NCBI RefSeq assembly: GCF_030684315.1
Contig: NC_081384.1
Location: 13,616,818-13,680,817, forward strand
DNA from: Stegostoma tigrinum
Taxonomy: Eukaryota
Reading direction: 5' to 3'
DNA: 64,000 bases
This document shows positions 63,846-64,000 of this stretch, piece after piece (the first letter of the stretch is position 1; the number at the start of each line of letters is the position of its first letter). The position numbers and the translations under genes are program-made. The notes beneath the pieces were generated by a model, which saw only the letters and a list, made by a program, of their open reading frames with translations, was not told where the DNA came from and made no database searches.

Positions 63846-64000
63846 GGATCCGTCATATATGATGTCTGGGAAACATGTTCTATTTCTTTACCATCAAGCT
63901 GTGTGTGCTGTGCAATTTGGCTAACAAAATTGTATTCACAAAGTGTCAAATGGCTTTAGGTTCTTCTGTGTGCCAAGCAGGGACACAAAACATTGCAGCT

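Overview
Vertebrate genomic DNA, most likely a shark or other cartilaginous fish judging from the repeats (Neptune-type Penelope elements, HE1-like V-SINE, CR1 tails); the taxon is inferred. The window is dominated by a tandem array of intronless small heat-shock protein genes (HSP30-type, alpha-crystallin domain). Eleven + strand copies lie between 3.0 and 48.0 kb: 7 full length, 3 sharing a C-terminal frameshift and 1 with a premature stop. There is also an orphan 3' fragment (48.36 kb), an inverted copy (54.16-54.79 kb) and a decayed copy (~61.5-61.9 kb). Intact promoters have distal and proximal heat-shock elements plus a TATA box. Copies 3-11 sit in ~4.49 kb (A) or ~4.96 kb (B) units ordered A-A-B-A-A-B-A-B. 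The sequence shows signs of concerted evolution, including an inverted copy whose near-identical segment ends exactly at two transposon insertions. Penelope-like elements carry minimal hammerhead-ribozyme motifs, and two different palindromic mini-Penelope inserts sit at the same aligned nucleotide of two paralogous spacers. All alignments were done by eye, so TE boundaries are approximate.
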